Of a stretch of 64,000 nt of DNA, positions 18,836 through 28,236 are shown one piece after another. Under the pieces are notes generated by a model. The model did no database searches and was not told the origin of the DNA. It was given only the letters and a program-made list of their open reading frames with translations. Position numbers and translations under genes: made by a program. Every line of letters starts with the position of its first letter. Position 1 is the first letter of the stretch. Origin of the DNA: Deltaproteobacteria bacterium (GTDB lineage: Bacteria > Myxococcota_A > Polyangia > Fen-1088). The DNA lies in the NCBI GenBank assembly GCA_033763315.1, contig JANRKS010000029.1:59677-123676 (forward strand), read 5' to 3'.

Positions 18836-21583
18836 CTAATTCATCACCAGCGTCAGGTCGAACACGAGCTGGCCTGTCGTTCCGCTTGGCCACGCCTCGT
18901 GCAGCACGCCGGTGGCATTCGCGAACTGACCGGTTCCGTCAACGATGAGGCCACGGCGCTTGCCGAAGTATCCCTCTTGTTGTGGCAACGCCGCACCCGC
19001 CTCATCGGGCACCACATGCAGCGTGCCCGCCCCCGCGATGGTGAGCGTCCATTGCGCCCCCGGTTGTGCTTTATCGTCGGGCGCCATCGAAGCGCCCGCC
19101 ATGCCAGTGACCTCGCCATGTTCGTCGCGCAGCTTGCCCAAGAACACCCGCACGTCGGCCAGCGCCGGATCGGTCAATGGTCCAAGGCTTCGTGGATAGG
19201 GCGCAACGCCCGTACGGCTGCCACCTGTGCTGTACACAACGTCGTGGTTCATGTTCACCACGAAGGTGCGCTTGACCAAACGCCACGCCAGCTCGCGGTT
19301 GAGGCGCCGCCTGCAACGTGGGGGAAGTCCCAACTGTTGCGCTTGCGGCGGACCGCTAACGTCAGTGGCCTTTGCGTGCACCAACGCCAACTCATAACGT
19401 GAGTCCGCAACGATGTCGGTGTGCGGTGGCACTTCTTTTAAGATATTGAACTCGCGGAACGCGCCCACGACGTCGGCAAACGCACCCGTGCCGCCATGGA
19501 TGATGCCGCGGCTTCCCGATAAGGGTCCGAGTGTGTGGTTGATCTCGCGCTGACCGCGCCACGCTTGCCCCGTTTTTGCGACCTCATTTTGCAACTCCGC
19601 CAGATCGGGGCCACCCTCCACTTGCCCCAAAAACAAGGTTCCGCGGCCGGGAAACGTCAACGACCAGTCAGTGAATGCATCAATGGCCGTCCTTGTGACC
19701 GCGCCCTTCGTGAGAATCACGGTCTCCACCTGGCTGCCGATGCCGATCACGCGGCCGGCGCCATCTCGAATGCGAGTGAGGTTCACGAACCCCCGCTTGA
19801 TGGCAAGCTCAGACAACACAGAGATGTCTTTGGGGTGAAAGGGGATGTGGCCCAAGGCCCCATGTGTTTGCACGATGTTATCGGGCACCCATGAGCAGTG
19901 GTACGTTTCTTGGGTCACCGTGGCTTCGCCCGTAGCGGCTCGCAAACCCGTCAAGAGTTGCGGGAAGAGCTGCAGCTTCTCAACGTCACCAGCCACAGCG
20001 TTGCCGGCCAAGGCGCGCCCTGGCGAAAGAAACGGTTGGTTGCGCAAGATCGAGGGACGCCAAGGCCAGATCCACAGCATCACCGCCACAATGAAAAGCA
20101 CGAACCAGCCAAGTTTGGCGGCCATCATTTTGAACACGCCACCGGGTTTGCGTACGTCGGGTAAAAACGCAGCCATGCCAGCGTAGGTTTCGAATAGAGT
20201 GCCCAAGAACAAGCGGTAAAAACCGGTTTGTGCGCGCACCTGCTGCCATTTGTTGCGAGCGTTGGTCACCTGGAAGGTCAGCAACTGGCTGGCGAAGTCT
20301 TTCGGCAAGATATGCAAGATGCCGTGGCCCCACACGGGGGCGGCATCGTTGGGGCCGTCGTAAACGGTGATGTACAACGTTGTTGTGTCTGGCCACACAT
20401 CAACGCCGGGATCGTCGCGGATCACCTTGAAGCCATCGAAGAAAAACACGCGGCCGCTGTCTGCCAACAACTGCATGCGGTACTTCATGCGGCGCGAACC
20501 ATCCGCTTGATCCACGAACAAGTTGAAGTCACCTCCCGCCACAAGCAGTGGGTTTGGATCCAAAGCCGGCGCCACAACGGTTCCCACCGATCGCGCAGGG
20601 TGTTGCGGATCGCGGCCCATGGCGTCCACGTTGTCTGTGGCCAACGTCAACACGAATACAAGTGGCGAGCCGTGTTGTTTGCCGAGCCGAAAACCCGCGT
20701 CGTATGTGCCCGCGGCCTTTGCCTGATCTGAGACGTATCCCGTCATGGCTTCGGTGAAGCGAAGGCCCGCCGCCACGGGTGGGGCTGGCGCGGGCAACGG
20801 GCCGTCTTCTACATGTATGGGCTTGCCAAGGCTGGCCAGCCACAGCGCCGCTTGCCGCTCTGCGATCCCAGCCATCGTGAGCGTGGGACACACGCCCAGT
20901 TCGGGCGCACACAGCGCTCGCCCAGCGACCAACAGATGAGCGTGCACATCAATGCCGGTGCCCAAGAACACGCGGCCCTGATCATCGGTGACGCCTGCCG
21001 CGCCTGTATCCGCCATCAAGCAGCTGACACCGCCCGAGGCGTTCATGCCCGTGCTTTTCAGCCACGCACCGCTGGCGCTGCCTTCGGCCACCACAACATC
21101 CGTCGCCGTGACGTAAAGCGCAGGCGCGTCGTAGCGTTCACGGCCAACCCCTTCGATCTGAAACGTCAACTTAAAGCCGCGCGCGTGCGGCTGCAGCGTT
21201 TGTGAGACGAAGCCCACGAACGCCTGCGCCCCGCGCGCCACCGCATCGGCAAGGTACACGCCGGTCAGGGCTTGTTCGTTGTTGGCGCCGGCCTTGGCAA
21301 ACCGCGACGCACGCGCGAGGCCCGCGGCCAGTCCCGTCACGTCGGCGCGCAACTTCGTGGGCAGCGCCTTGTGTTCGAACACTGAAGGTTCATGTGCAAA
21401 CGGCCAGGCGGCTTGTGCGGGCTCGTGGCCCAGCGTGCTTTGGCGTTCGAACAGCGCCACTTTGCAGCCCACGGCGGCCGCGCGTGCCGCAAGAATGGCA
21501 GCCCCCAATCCCGAGCCGAGGACGACGACGTCGTAGTGGGGGGCAAGTGAGGTGGGGTTGTGTGGCGTTGGCAAGATCGTCAT
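18836..21583 (-). CDS. Fusion: degenerate GMC oxidoreductase + ChoD-associated middle domain + TM + two dirigent/AOC-like repeats
   Basis: AGGAGG RBS; YDVVVLGSGLGAA; degenerate GMC C-terminal motifs; LRFTEAMTGY...FDGFKVI...WPDTTTLY; TM LGWFVLFIVAVMLWIWPW; two repeats ending GIIHGGTGAFADVVG and GLIVDGTGQFANATG. Confidence 0.85.
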   Translation of the reverse strand: MTILPTPHNPTSLAPHYDVVVLGSGLGAAILAARAAAVGCKVALFERQSTLGHEPAQAAWPFAHEPSVFEHKALPTKLRADVTGLAAGLARASRFAKAGANNEQALTGVYLADAVARGAQAFVGFVSQTLQPHARGFKLTFQIEGVGRERYDAPALYVTATDVVVAEGSASGAWLKSTGMNASGGVSCLMADTGAAGVTDDQGRVFLGTGIDVHAHLLVAGRALCAPELGVCPTLTMAGIAERQAALWLASLGKPIHVEDGPLPAPAPPVAAGLRFTEAMTGYVSDQAKAAGTYDAGFRLGKQHGSPLVFVLTLATDNVDAMGRDPQHPARSVGTVVAPALDPNPLLVAGGDFNLFVDQADGSRRMKYRMQLLADSGRVFFFDGFKVIRDDPGVDVWPDTTTLYITVYDGPNDAAPVWGHGILHILPKDFASQLLTFQVTNARNKWQQVRAQTGFYRLFLGTLFETYAGMAAFLPDVRKPGGVFKMMAAKLGWFVLFIVAVMLWIWPWRPSILRNQPFLSPGRALAGNAVAGDVEKLQLFPQLLTGLRAATGEATVTQETYHCSWVPDNIVQTHGALGHIPFHPKDISVLSELAIKRGFVNLTRIRDGAGRVIGIGSQVETVILTKGAVTRTAIDAFTDWSLTFPGRGTLFLGQVEGGPDLAELQNEVAKTGQAWRGQREINHTLGPLSGSRGIIHGGTGAFADVVGAFREFNILKEVPPHTDIVADSRYELALVHAKATDVSGPPQAQQLGLPPRCRRRLNRELAWRLVKRTFVVNMNHDVVYSTGGSRTGVAPYPRSLGPLTDPALADVRVFLGKLRDEHGEVTGMAGASMAPDDKAQPGAQWTLTIAGAGTLHVVPDEAGAALPQQEGYFGKRRGLIVDGTGQFANATGVLHEAWPSGTTGQLVFDLTLVMN

Positions 21584-21593
21584 AAAAGCCCTC

Positions 21594-23204
21594 CTAAATC
21601 GCGGGATCAGCCGCGGTGCGTTCGCGGCCGTGGATCATCCAGAACGCCACGCGTTCGGCCACCGCGCCAATGGTCAAAGATGGATTCACACAAAGCGCAG
21701 CAGGAATGGACGCGCCATCGGCCACGTAAAGGCCAAGGTGGTTCCACACCTGCCCGCGGTGATCCACAACAGAATCTTGTGGCGTGGATCCCATGCCACA
21801 ACCGCCCAGCGGGTGCGCTGTGAGCAACTTTCGCAGCGGCCAGCGCCACAACAAACTTGTGACGTAACGCCCACCCGCCGCCTCCGAGATCTTCTTCATC
21901 GCCGCTTCCATTTGCGCAAACATTTGGCGGCTGTTCTTGTGGTTCCAGTCGAGGTCTAAGAACTTGTCGCGCAACACCAACTCGCCATCGGCGGCGTCGG
22001 AGCCCATGCCCAGGTACGGAAGAAAATGCGCGGTGCGCGCGCCTTTGAGCAGATCAGCGATCTCGTCACTCACGCGGCTCGATTGGGTGCCTCGTCGCAG
22101 CGAGCGTAGCCCGTAAGCGCGCACAACCGTCCAGATTCGCGCCAACCAACTGCGACGCGGAGGCAGAGCGCCTTCCAAAAACCACAACATTTGATCGGGC
22201 AAGCCTAGATCTTCGATGTGAATCGTGTGTTCGTTGGTCGAACAATCCGCGATCGCCGAGATGCTGGGCGCGTATGCGGGATCCACGGTGTTTGGAACGT
22301 CCATCGCGCCGGCAAACAAAAAATCGCCATTGCCAGAGAATCCCTTGCCAAGCCGCGGGCTCAGCTGCGGCAGCGTGCGAGCCACATCGCGGCTGCGCAG
22401 GAGGATTTCGTTGGTGCCCAAGGTGCCTGCAGCCAACACAACTTCGGTGGCGAACAACACGCCGGGCTGCGTGGGCTTGGCTTTGGCTTCTTCGATGTTG
22501 GTGTAGTGCACCTCATAGCCACCACCCGTGCGCGGCGCCAGATGACTGACCTTGGTGAGCGGCCGGACCTTCAATCCAAATTTACGTTCGGCTTCGGCGA
22601 TGTATGTGACGTCGAGTGAATTCTTTGCCTGCACATGGCAGCCCAACAAACAGTTGCCGCAATAGGTGCAAGCCGATTGTGTGACGCCTGCAAAGTTCGT
22701 GCGGTCGGCACCTGTATAGACGGCGATGTCCAGCAGGTGTGGCTTACGGCCCGCCGCTTTGGCGGCATCCATGAACGTGGTGGTGCGCGGGGGCATTGCT
22801 TTACCCTGTGGTGGCACCAAAGGCTTTGAATCCAAGCGCGCCTGGACAAGATCGTAATAGAGATCCAGCGTGGCGCGTGACAGCGGCCGCGGAAAGTGCT
22901 TTTCGATCAACGCCGCCGGCGTGCGGACGTGAACGTTGAAGTAGTGCAGCGAACCGCCGCCCACGCCCACACCCTGAATGACGTCCATGTTTTTGAATGC
23001 GCGGTACTCGAGGAACCCGGGCGATTTTCCCTCTTCCCAGAACCCGCGTGCCGCGCGGCCGATCGTGCGCGGAAATTCGTCTTTGGCCCAGCGCCGCCCT
23101 TGCTCCAGCAACAATACTTTGCGCCCCGCTTGCGAAAGCCGGTGGGCCGTGATGGCCCCGCCAAAGCCCGAGCCGATGACGATCACATCGAACACGTCGC
23201 TCAT
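21594..23204 (-). CDS. GMC oxidoreductase, cholesterol-oxidase (ChoD)-like
   Basis: GSGFGG, GVGGGSL, CTYCGNCLLGC, FSGNGD, catalytic HPLGG and VNPSLTI. Confidence 0.92.
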   Translation of the reverse strand: MSDVFDVIVIGSGFGGAITAHRLSQAGRKVLLLEQGRRWAKDEFPRTIGRAARGFWEEGKSPGFLEYRAFKNMDVIQGVGVGGGSLHYFNVHVRTPAALIEKHFPRPLSRATLDLYYDLVQARLDSKPLVPPQGKAMPPRTTTFMDAAKAAGRKPHLLDIAVYTGADRTNFAGVTQSACTYCGNCLLGCHVQAKNSLDVTYIAEAERKFGLKVRPLTKVSHLAPRTGGGYEVHYTNIEEAKAKPTQPGVLFATEVVLAAGTLGTNEILLRSRDVARTLPQLSPRLGKGFSGNGDFLFAGAMDVPNTVDPAYAPSISAIADCSTNEHTIHIEDLGLPDQMLWFLEGALPPRRSWLARIWTVVRAYGLRSLRRGTQSSRVSDEIADLLKGARTAHFLPYLGMGSDAADGELVLRDKFLDLDWNHKNSRQMFAQMEAAMKKISEAAGGRYVTSLLWRWPLRKLLTAHPLGGCGMGSTPQDSVVDHRGQVWNHLGLYVADGASIPAALCVNPSLTIGAVAERVAFWMIHGRERTAADPAI

Positions 23205-24328
23205 GCCTTTGCCGCCCGTTGCAGGAACTGGCGGATCAAGGGGAATACTTCTGTGTCGCAGTCTTTGCCCATAAACACGTCTTGGTGGCCATAGTCGGGG
23301 ATCTCGTGGTACTCGTAGCCGCCGATGCCTTTTTGGGCGATCCGTTGCGCGGTCAATTTGTTCGAGCCGGGAAAGATGTGGTTGCGCTCGCCCGACAACA
23401 GCAGCGTTGGCACCACCACTTCGCCCACGTTGTCGATGTAACGCGTGGGCAAGTGCTGGTGCTCAGGCTTGCGGCTATAGCGGCCAAACGTATTGTCATT
23501 GAACACGGCGTGCCTGACGTTGCGAAAGTACGGCATCGCAATAGGGCCAAACAGTTCCGTCAAACGATCGTGGGTTTCGGCAGCCATCTTTTCGTGCGTG
23601 AACACGGCGGGGAAGCCGTCGCCCCACAGGAAGCTCACCAAATTGCAAGCGGGGTTGTTGCATTCGAGGTGAATCAAGTTTACGGCCTTGGCCAGCAAGC
23701 GGCCGATGAATGGCGCGGGCACATCCGGATCCCCCCAGCGCGGGTCCACCAATCGCAGCCGCAGCACTGAATCCACCAAAAAAGGCGCACACACAAGTTT
23801 GGCGGCGGCCCACGGGTGAACGCATGGGTTCAATGAAACGCTGTTGGAAACCACGCTTGTGATGCCGCTGACTGATTTGCCGTAAAGCGCGTGGTGGAAG
23901 GTGACTGAGCCCAAGCAGTGGCAAATCACGTGCAAACGCGCGTCCCCGATGCTGCGGCGGATAAACTCAACGATTGTGGGCCAATCGCTTGTGCCCACTT
24001 CATCAAACGTATAGTTGCCCTGCGTGTTGAACGCATAGTGGGCGCTCATGCGAAAGTCCGCCAAGAACACGTCATAGCCTTGATCGTGCAGATAGGCGGC
24101 AAGGTTGTAATGCTCGGGCATCACGAACATATCTGACGAGGTCGTCAGGCCATGAATCAGTAAACAGGTGTCTTTGGCTCCCGGTTTCGCGAGCCGTGAC
24201 ACTGAGATCTGCAAGCCATCAGGCGTCGTCAACGGATGCAGCGTGGTTTGTAAGGCCCCGCTTGTGCGTGTTTGCACCGTGTAGATGCGGTCTTTCATTA
24301 CCGGTGAAGCGGATGCAGAGGAAGTCAT
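23201..24328 (-). CDS. Alpha/beta hydrolase with Cys nucleophile (cholesterol-oxidase-associated type)
   Basis: LLIHG, nucleophile elbow ICHCLGS, C-terminal YGHQD; ATGA overlap with the GMC gene. Confidence 0.88.
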   Translation of the reverse strand: MTSSASASPVMKDRIYTVQTRTSGALQTTLHPLTTPDGLQISVSRLAKPGAKDTCLLIHGLTTSSDMFVMPEHYNLAAYLHDQGYDVFLADFRMSAHYAFNTQGNYTFDEVGTSDWPTIVEFIRRSIGDARLHVICHCLGSVTFHHALYGKSVSGITSVVSNSVSLNPCVHPWAAAKLVCAPFLVDSVLRLRLVDPRWGDPDVPAPFIGRLLAKAVNLIHLECNNPACNLVSFLWGDGFPAVFTHEKMAAETHDRLTELFGPIAMPYFRNVRHAVFNDNTFGRYSRKPEHQHLPTRYIDNVGEVVVPTLLLSGERNHIFPGSNKLTAQRIAQKGIGGYEYHEIPDYGHQDVFMGKDCDTEVFPLIRQFLQRAAKA

Positions 24329-24337
24329 AGACCCGCC

Positions 24338-25435
24338 TTAAAGTGAAAGGTTCCGCCGCAACAGCGTGCGCATAAGAAACACCGAAGAAAACGCCAACGC
24401 GAGCTCAAGCACCAGCAACGTCGGACCCAGGCGCCCCGCGTCCGTATAGACACGAATCACGGGGCCAAGCACAAAGCCTAAGAACGCGGCGAACCAAAGA
24501 GTGGATGGGTTCTTCTTGTAAAAGCGTCTGCCCGCTTCGACGTAAAGCAATGCCATCAAGATCGATGTGGCCCCAATTCGAGGCGAAGTCTGCGCGTCAA
24601 TCATGCTTTGCAGCAGGTAGACGGCGGCGATGACCAAGCAGCCAACCCCAGCCGTCGTCAGCAGGCGGTGAACGAAAGGTTCGGCGTGGGGGGCATCCAG
24701 TGCGCCTGGTGTGTTGCCCACAGCCCAGCTAGCAAGCCACTTGAGCGCCCATCCGATGACGACCATCTCAAGCATGGCGCCAATCAATAAAGATGAGCTG
24801 CCCGTCATCAGCTTCGTGCTCGCTCCATGAATAAACATGGGCAAAGCCGCGGCACACAACACCAGCACGCCCGCCCACATCTTCCTGCGTCCCACTTTTC
24901 CTGCCAGCGGGTTGGCGCGCAAAAATACCATCGTGCACGCCAAAACCAACAGTGTTTGCAGCGCGTACCCGAGCAGTGGTCGCGTGGTAAACAAACCATG
25001 CGAGGGCGCAAACGCATCGAACACGAAAGGCGGACCGACAGGACGGGCGGTGTTCGTGGGCCACAAAGTCAGATCGGCATCGTGCACCAGGAAATCAAGG
25101 ACCCAGTGTCCAACCACCGCCGCCCCGACAGCGAAAGCCACGGCGCGTTCGCGGTAGGCCATAAACACAAGCAATGACACACCGAGCGCCAGCACCACGG
25201 TGCTTGCGAGCGCGTGGGAGATGGGCTGCAACAGCAAATGTTGGTTGCCGATGTAGTTAAACGGTACGTCCACTCGAACGATTTCAAGCGGCGCTTGCGC
25301 GGGCGTGCGCAGCAGGTTGAAGGCCACCCACAAGACATCCGGCAAAGCGGCGGCGAACAGCAACAAGGGCAAGGGCGCCCGCGGAAAGCGGCCTTTGATG
25401 AAGAGGCCCGTCGATAGATGTCCAATGGCGGTCAC
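24338..25435 (-). CDS. Membrane protein, metal-dependent hydrolase (YdjM-like) with C-terminal TM extension
   Basis: GTG 25435 overlaps the upstream TGA (GTGA); motifs GH, LPD, SH, HWVLDFLVH; about 10 TM segments. Confidence 0.72.
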   Translation of the reverse strand: MTAIGHLSTGLFIKGRFPRAPLPLLLFAAALPDVLWVAFNLLRTPAQAPLEIVRVDVPFNYIGNQHLLLQPISHALASTVVLALGVSLLVFMAYRERAVAFAVGAAVVGHWVLDFLVHDADLTLWPTNTARPVGPPFVFDAFAPSHGLFTTRPLLGYALQTLLVLACTMVFLRANPLAGKVGRRKMWAGVLVLCAAALPMFIHGASTKLMTGSSSLLIGAMLEMVVIGWALKWLASWAVGNTPGALDAPHAEPFVHRLLTTAGVGCLVIAAVYLLQSMIDAQTSPRIGATSILMALLYVEAGRRFYKKNPSTLWFAAFLGFVLGPVIRVYTDAGRLGPTLLVLELALAFSSVFLMRTLLRRNLSL

Positions 25436-27129
25436 GCGCGGGCTCCGTTCTTGTGGTTCTCGATCACGCGGTCTGCAAAGCGGTTGGCAAGCGCGGCAAT
25501 GGTGAGGCTGGGATTCGGACCCACGGGCCCCGGCATCACAGCGCCGTCGGCCACAAACAAGCCGGGGCAGCCAAAGACTTCGCCGTGATCGTCCACCACG
25601 CCTTCGTCTTTGTGGCGGCCCATCGGGCAACCGCCAAGCGCGTGCACGGTGATCAATCGCTTGAACAACCAGGTGGGGTTGTCACGAAAGTGTCCACCCA
25701 TTTCACGCGCGAGCAGCTTCATGTGATCGCGCACCCGCTCAAAGAACGCCGATGAGGCTTTTGAGTTCCAGTTAGAATCAAGATAGCCCTCGTCGTTCAA
25801 GAACAACTTGCCATCGGGCACGTCCCGCCCCATGCCAAGCATCGGCAATGAACTCATCGTTAAATCGTTGCCACCCAAGAGGTGCGCCACTTGGGCGCTC
25901 ATTGACGTGTCTTTCGAAAGCCCCAAGGCATGCTTGATGAGCTCCCACACGAACGCAAAGCCCAAACGCGTTTTGGTGACCGCTAAATAGGATTCGGTGA
26001 CCCAACTCAGGAACGCGGGGAAGCCGGCGTCTTCAATGTAAGCCCCGCGACCGGTGGCGCCCGTGCCATCCACGGCGTCAGGCAAGCGCACGCGGCTTGT
26101 GATCACGGGACCGCGGTTTGGATCCACCACCCGAGGTCTGCCATCGCTGGTGCGGCTGGAAAGGGCCATGCCCAAGATGTCGCCGTTGCCACAAAATTGC
26201 GTCCCCAGTTTCGGCAAATCAGCTTTGAGGCCGGCTTTGTTCTTGAGCATCAGGTGAGTGCTGCCCATCGCGCCCGCCGAAAGCACCAATTGCTTGCAGG
26301 TGATGGTGAGGCGAGGCGCGTTGTCGGGCGTTTTCTCCGCTGCAAAATCGTGTGCCACATATTCAACCTGAAAGCCGCCGCCCGAGCGAGGCACGAACGT
26401 GCGTACATCAGCACCCGTGACGATGTGCAAACCCAATTGTTTGGCTTGGGACAGATACGTGTGATCGAGGGAATTTTTGCTGCCGTAGTTGCAGCCCACA
26501 TCGCATTCGCCGCACAAGCGGCACGAGTACCGCGTTCGCCCATGCAGGTTTTCGTGCAGCCTGCCGGCGTTGATCGGCTCGCCGTTGAAGTGACCTTCTT
26601 CGGCGAACGACACCGCCAGCGGCAGGCACTCGTGATCCAATCCCGCGCGCTTGGCGGCCGCCGCGTATTCGCGGGTCTTCGGCGTCAACTTCACCAAGTG
26701 CGGCGGGTAAACCTGCACGCCGATGTGCTGTTCCACTTGATCGTAATGGGGATCCAGATCTTGCCGCGTGACAGGCCAGTGTTCGTACGTGCCTTCGCTG
26801 TGGTCATGCACGAACCACTTTTCGTCCTTGCGGATGAGCACGTTGGCGTAGATCAAAGAGCCGCCGCCCAACCCGCTGGCGGCAAGCGCGTTGAGCTTCT
26901 CGAACTCCCACACGTGGTACATGCCGTACAGGCCTTCTTTGGGCTCCCAGAAGTTCTTCGCCAACTCGTAAGGCGTGCGCGGAAAGCTTCCAGGTGCGAA
27001 GGCCTTGCCCCGCTCAAGCAGGCATACGTTCAGGCCCGCTTGCACAAGCCGGTAAGCCATGACGGAGCCGCCAAAACCCGATCCAACAACAACCGCGTCG
27101 AAATGGCTGCCTGTGAAGGTGTCGCTCAT
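25432..27129 (-). CDS. GMC oxidoreductase, cholesterol-oxidase (ChoD)-like
   Basis: GSGFGG, GLGGGSLIYANV, CRLCGECDVGC, FCGNGD, HALGGC, GPNPSLTI. Confidence 0.92.
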   Translation of the reverse strand: MSDTFTGSHFDAVVVGSGFGGSVMAYRLVQAGLNVCLLERGKAFAPGSFPRTPYELAKNFWEPKEGLYGMYHVWEFEKLNALAASGLGGGSLIYANVLIRKDEKWFVHDHSEGTYEHWPVTRQDLDPHYDQVEQHIGVQVYPPHLVKLTPKTREYAAAAKRAGLDHECLPLAVSFAEEGHFNGEPINAGRLHENLHGRTRYSCRLCGECDVGCNYGSKNSLDHTYLSQAKQLGLHIVTGADVRTFVPRSGGGFQVEYVAHDFAAEKTPDNAPRLTITCKQLVLSAGAMGSTHLMLKNKAGLKADLPKLGTQFCGNGDILGMALSSRTSDGRPRVVDPNRGPVITSRVRLPDAVDGTGATGRGAYIEDAGFPAFLSWVTESYLAVTKTRLGFAFVWELIKHALGLSKDTSMSAQVAHLLGGNDLTMSSLPMLGMGRDVPDGKLFLNDEGYLDSNWNSKASSAFFERVRDHMKLLAREMGGHFRDNPTWLFKRLITVHALGGCPMGRHKDEGVVDDHGEVFGCPGLFVADGAVMPGPVGPNPSLTIAALANRFADRVIENHKNGARA

Positions 27130-27247
27130 CAATTGCCCCTGGTGAAGAAGTGAAACGGCAACTGCCGGCGTTCTTCCCAGGCGATTGCTTCAACCCGCCC
27201 CCCGCACCACCCTTCGCCGCGAAACACAACCACCAGCAACGGCGCCC

Positions 27248-27277
27248 TTTATACGCGCGTCAACGCGCATAGCGCAA
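27248..27277 (-). promoter_or_regulatory. Putative sigma70 promoter of the GMC operon with a palindrome in the spacer
   Basis: Minus strand TTGCGC-18 nt-TATAAA; the spacer carries near-palindrome TACGCGCGT-CA-ACGCGCATA (27252-27271). Confidence 0.5.
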
Positions 27278-27309
27278 GCGCATTGCGCAACGGTGCGGGC
27301 CCGCGAACG

Positions 27310-27975
27310 TTAGCGCGGCGGCTTTGGATTATTCGCAGCGCCGGGTGCGGTCTTGTGCGTCCACGCCCCGGGGGGCAGCTTGGGCGCCACCTTGTGCTCG
27401 CGTTGCCACTTACCAGCGCCATAAAAACGGGGGTACAAGTCTTTGTGAAACGCCGAATAGTAGGGCCACGCTGTCCAGAAGGAGGCGTCGTAGTCACCCT
27501 GCCAATGCAGCCACGGCCCCACCATCACGAACTGCGGGCTCCACGGATCGAAGGCGTGGTGATGGCCGCCTGTCATAAAGCACCAGCCGCCACCAGGCAC
27601 GGGATGGGTGCCGTAATAGGCTTGCGTTTGGCCGTCGAAGCCGAAGTCCCGCGGATCGCCGACGAAGCGATAACAATCTTTCGCGAACACAAACAAACGC
27701 GCGTCGAGCGGCGGATAAAAGTGTGTATGGCGGCCGGGGGCGTTGTCCCACGCGGGCCCGGCGGCAGCTGTGGTGTCCACCGGATGGGGGCCATCGTAAC
27801 AGTAGCCGCCGTTGGGCAGCTTCACGGGCGGGCCTTCCGCGTTCGCAGGCACGGGGGCATTGCAGGGCGCCACGGGCCCCGCATCCGGCGTGGTCTGGGC
27901 GCGCGCGCTGCCAGCCACCCAAACCCAAACCGAAGCGGCAAGAATGACCAAACCGAAACCGACTCCGGCGCGCAT
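27310..27975 (-). CDS. Secreted His/aromatic-rich tandem-repeat protein
   Basis: Signal peptide ending ARA-Q; two repeats Y.G.HPV...W....G.H.H.(Y/F).P....FV......GD. Confidence 0.75.
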   Translation of the reverse strand: MRAGVGFGLVILAASVWVWVAGSARAQTTPDAGPVAPCNAPVPANAEGPPVKLPNGGYCYDGPHPVDTTAAAGPAWDNAPGRHTHFYPPLDARLFVFAKDCYRFVGDPRDFGFDGQTQAYYGTHPVPGGGWCFMTGGHHHAFDPWSPQFVMVGPWLHWQGDYDASFWTAWPYYSAFHKDLYPRFYGAGKWQREHKVAPKLPPGAWTHKTAPGAANNPKPPR

Positions 27976-28236
27976 AACCCGTGGCGCGCGAGCGGCGGAA
28001 GGTGGGGGCAAAGATGAGGGAGAAGACACGGGGTTGGGCCTGGGCTGCTTACGATGCAATTGCAGGGCCGTGACAAGTGGACCGCGAGCCGTTTCGTTAC
28101 GCGGCCTTAACTGTCACGCGGAAGGGCCGTGGCCTGCCACCGATGGCACACCGTATCCCGTTTGCCACACGTACCGTGACGAGGTGCACGCGCGCCGGGG
28201 TCGACGTTTTTCTCCATTTGAGGTATCAGTGGCGCC

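Noticed and set aside
25436-25630. N-terminal extension of the 430-aa ORF-track protein
   Set aside because: Overlaps the GMC gene out of frame; the GTGA-coupled start at 25435 fits the family motif.
26197-27153. Long + strand ORF (318 aa) and similar antisense ORFs throughout the window
   Set aside because: Shadow ORFs of real genes in high-GC DNA, with no recognisable motifs.
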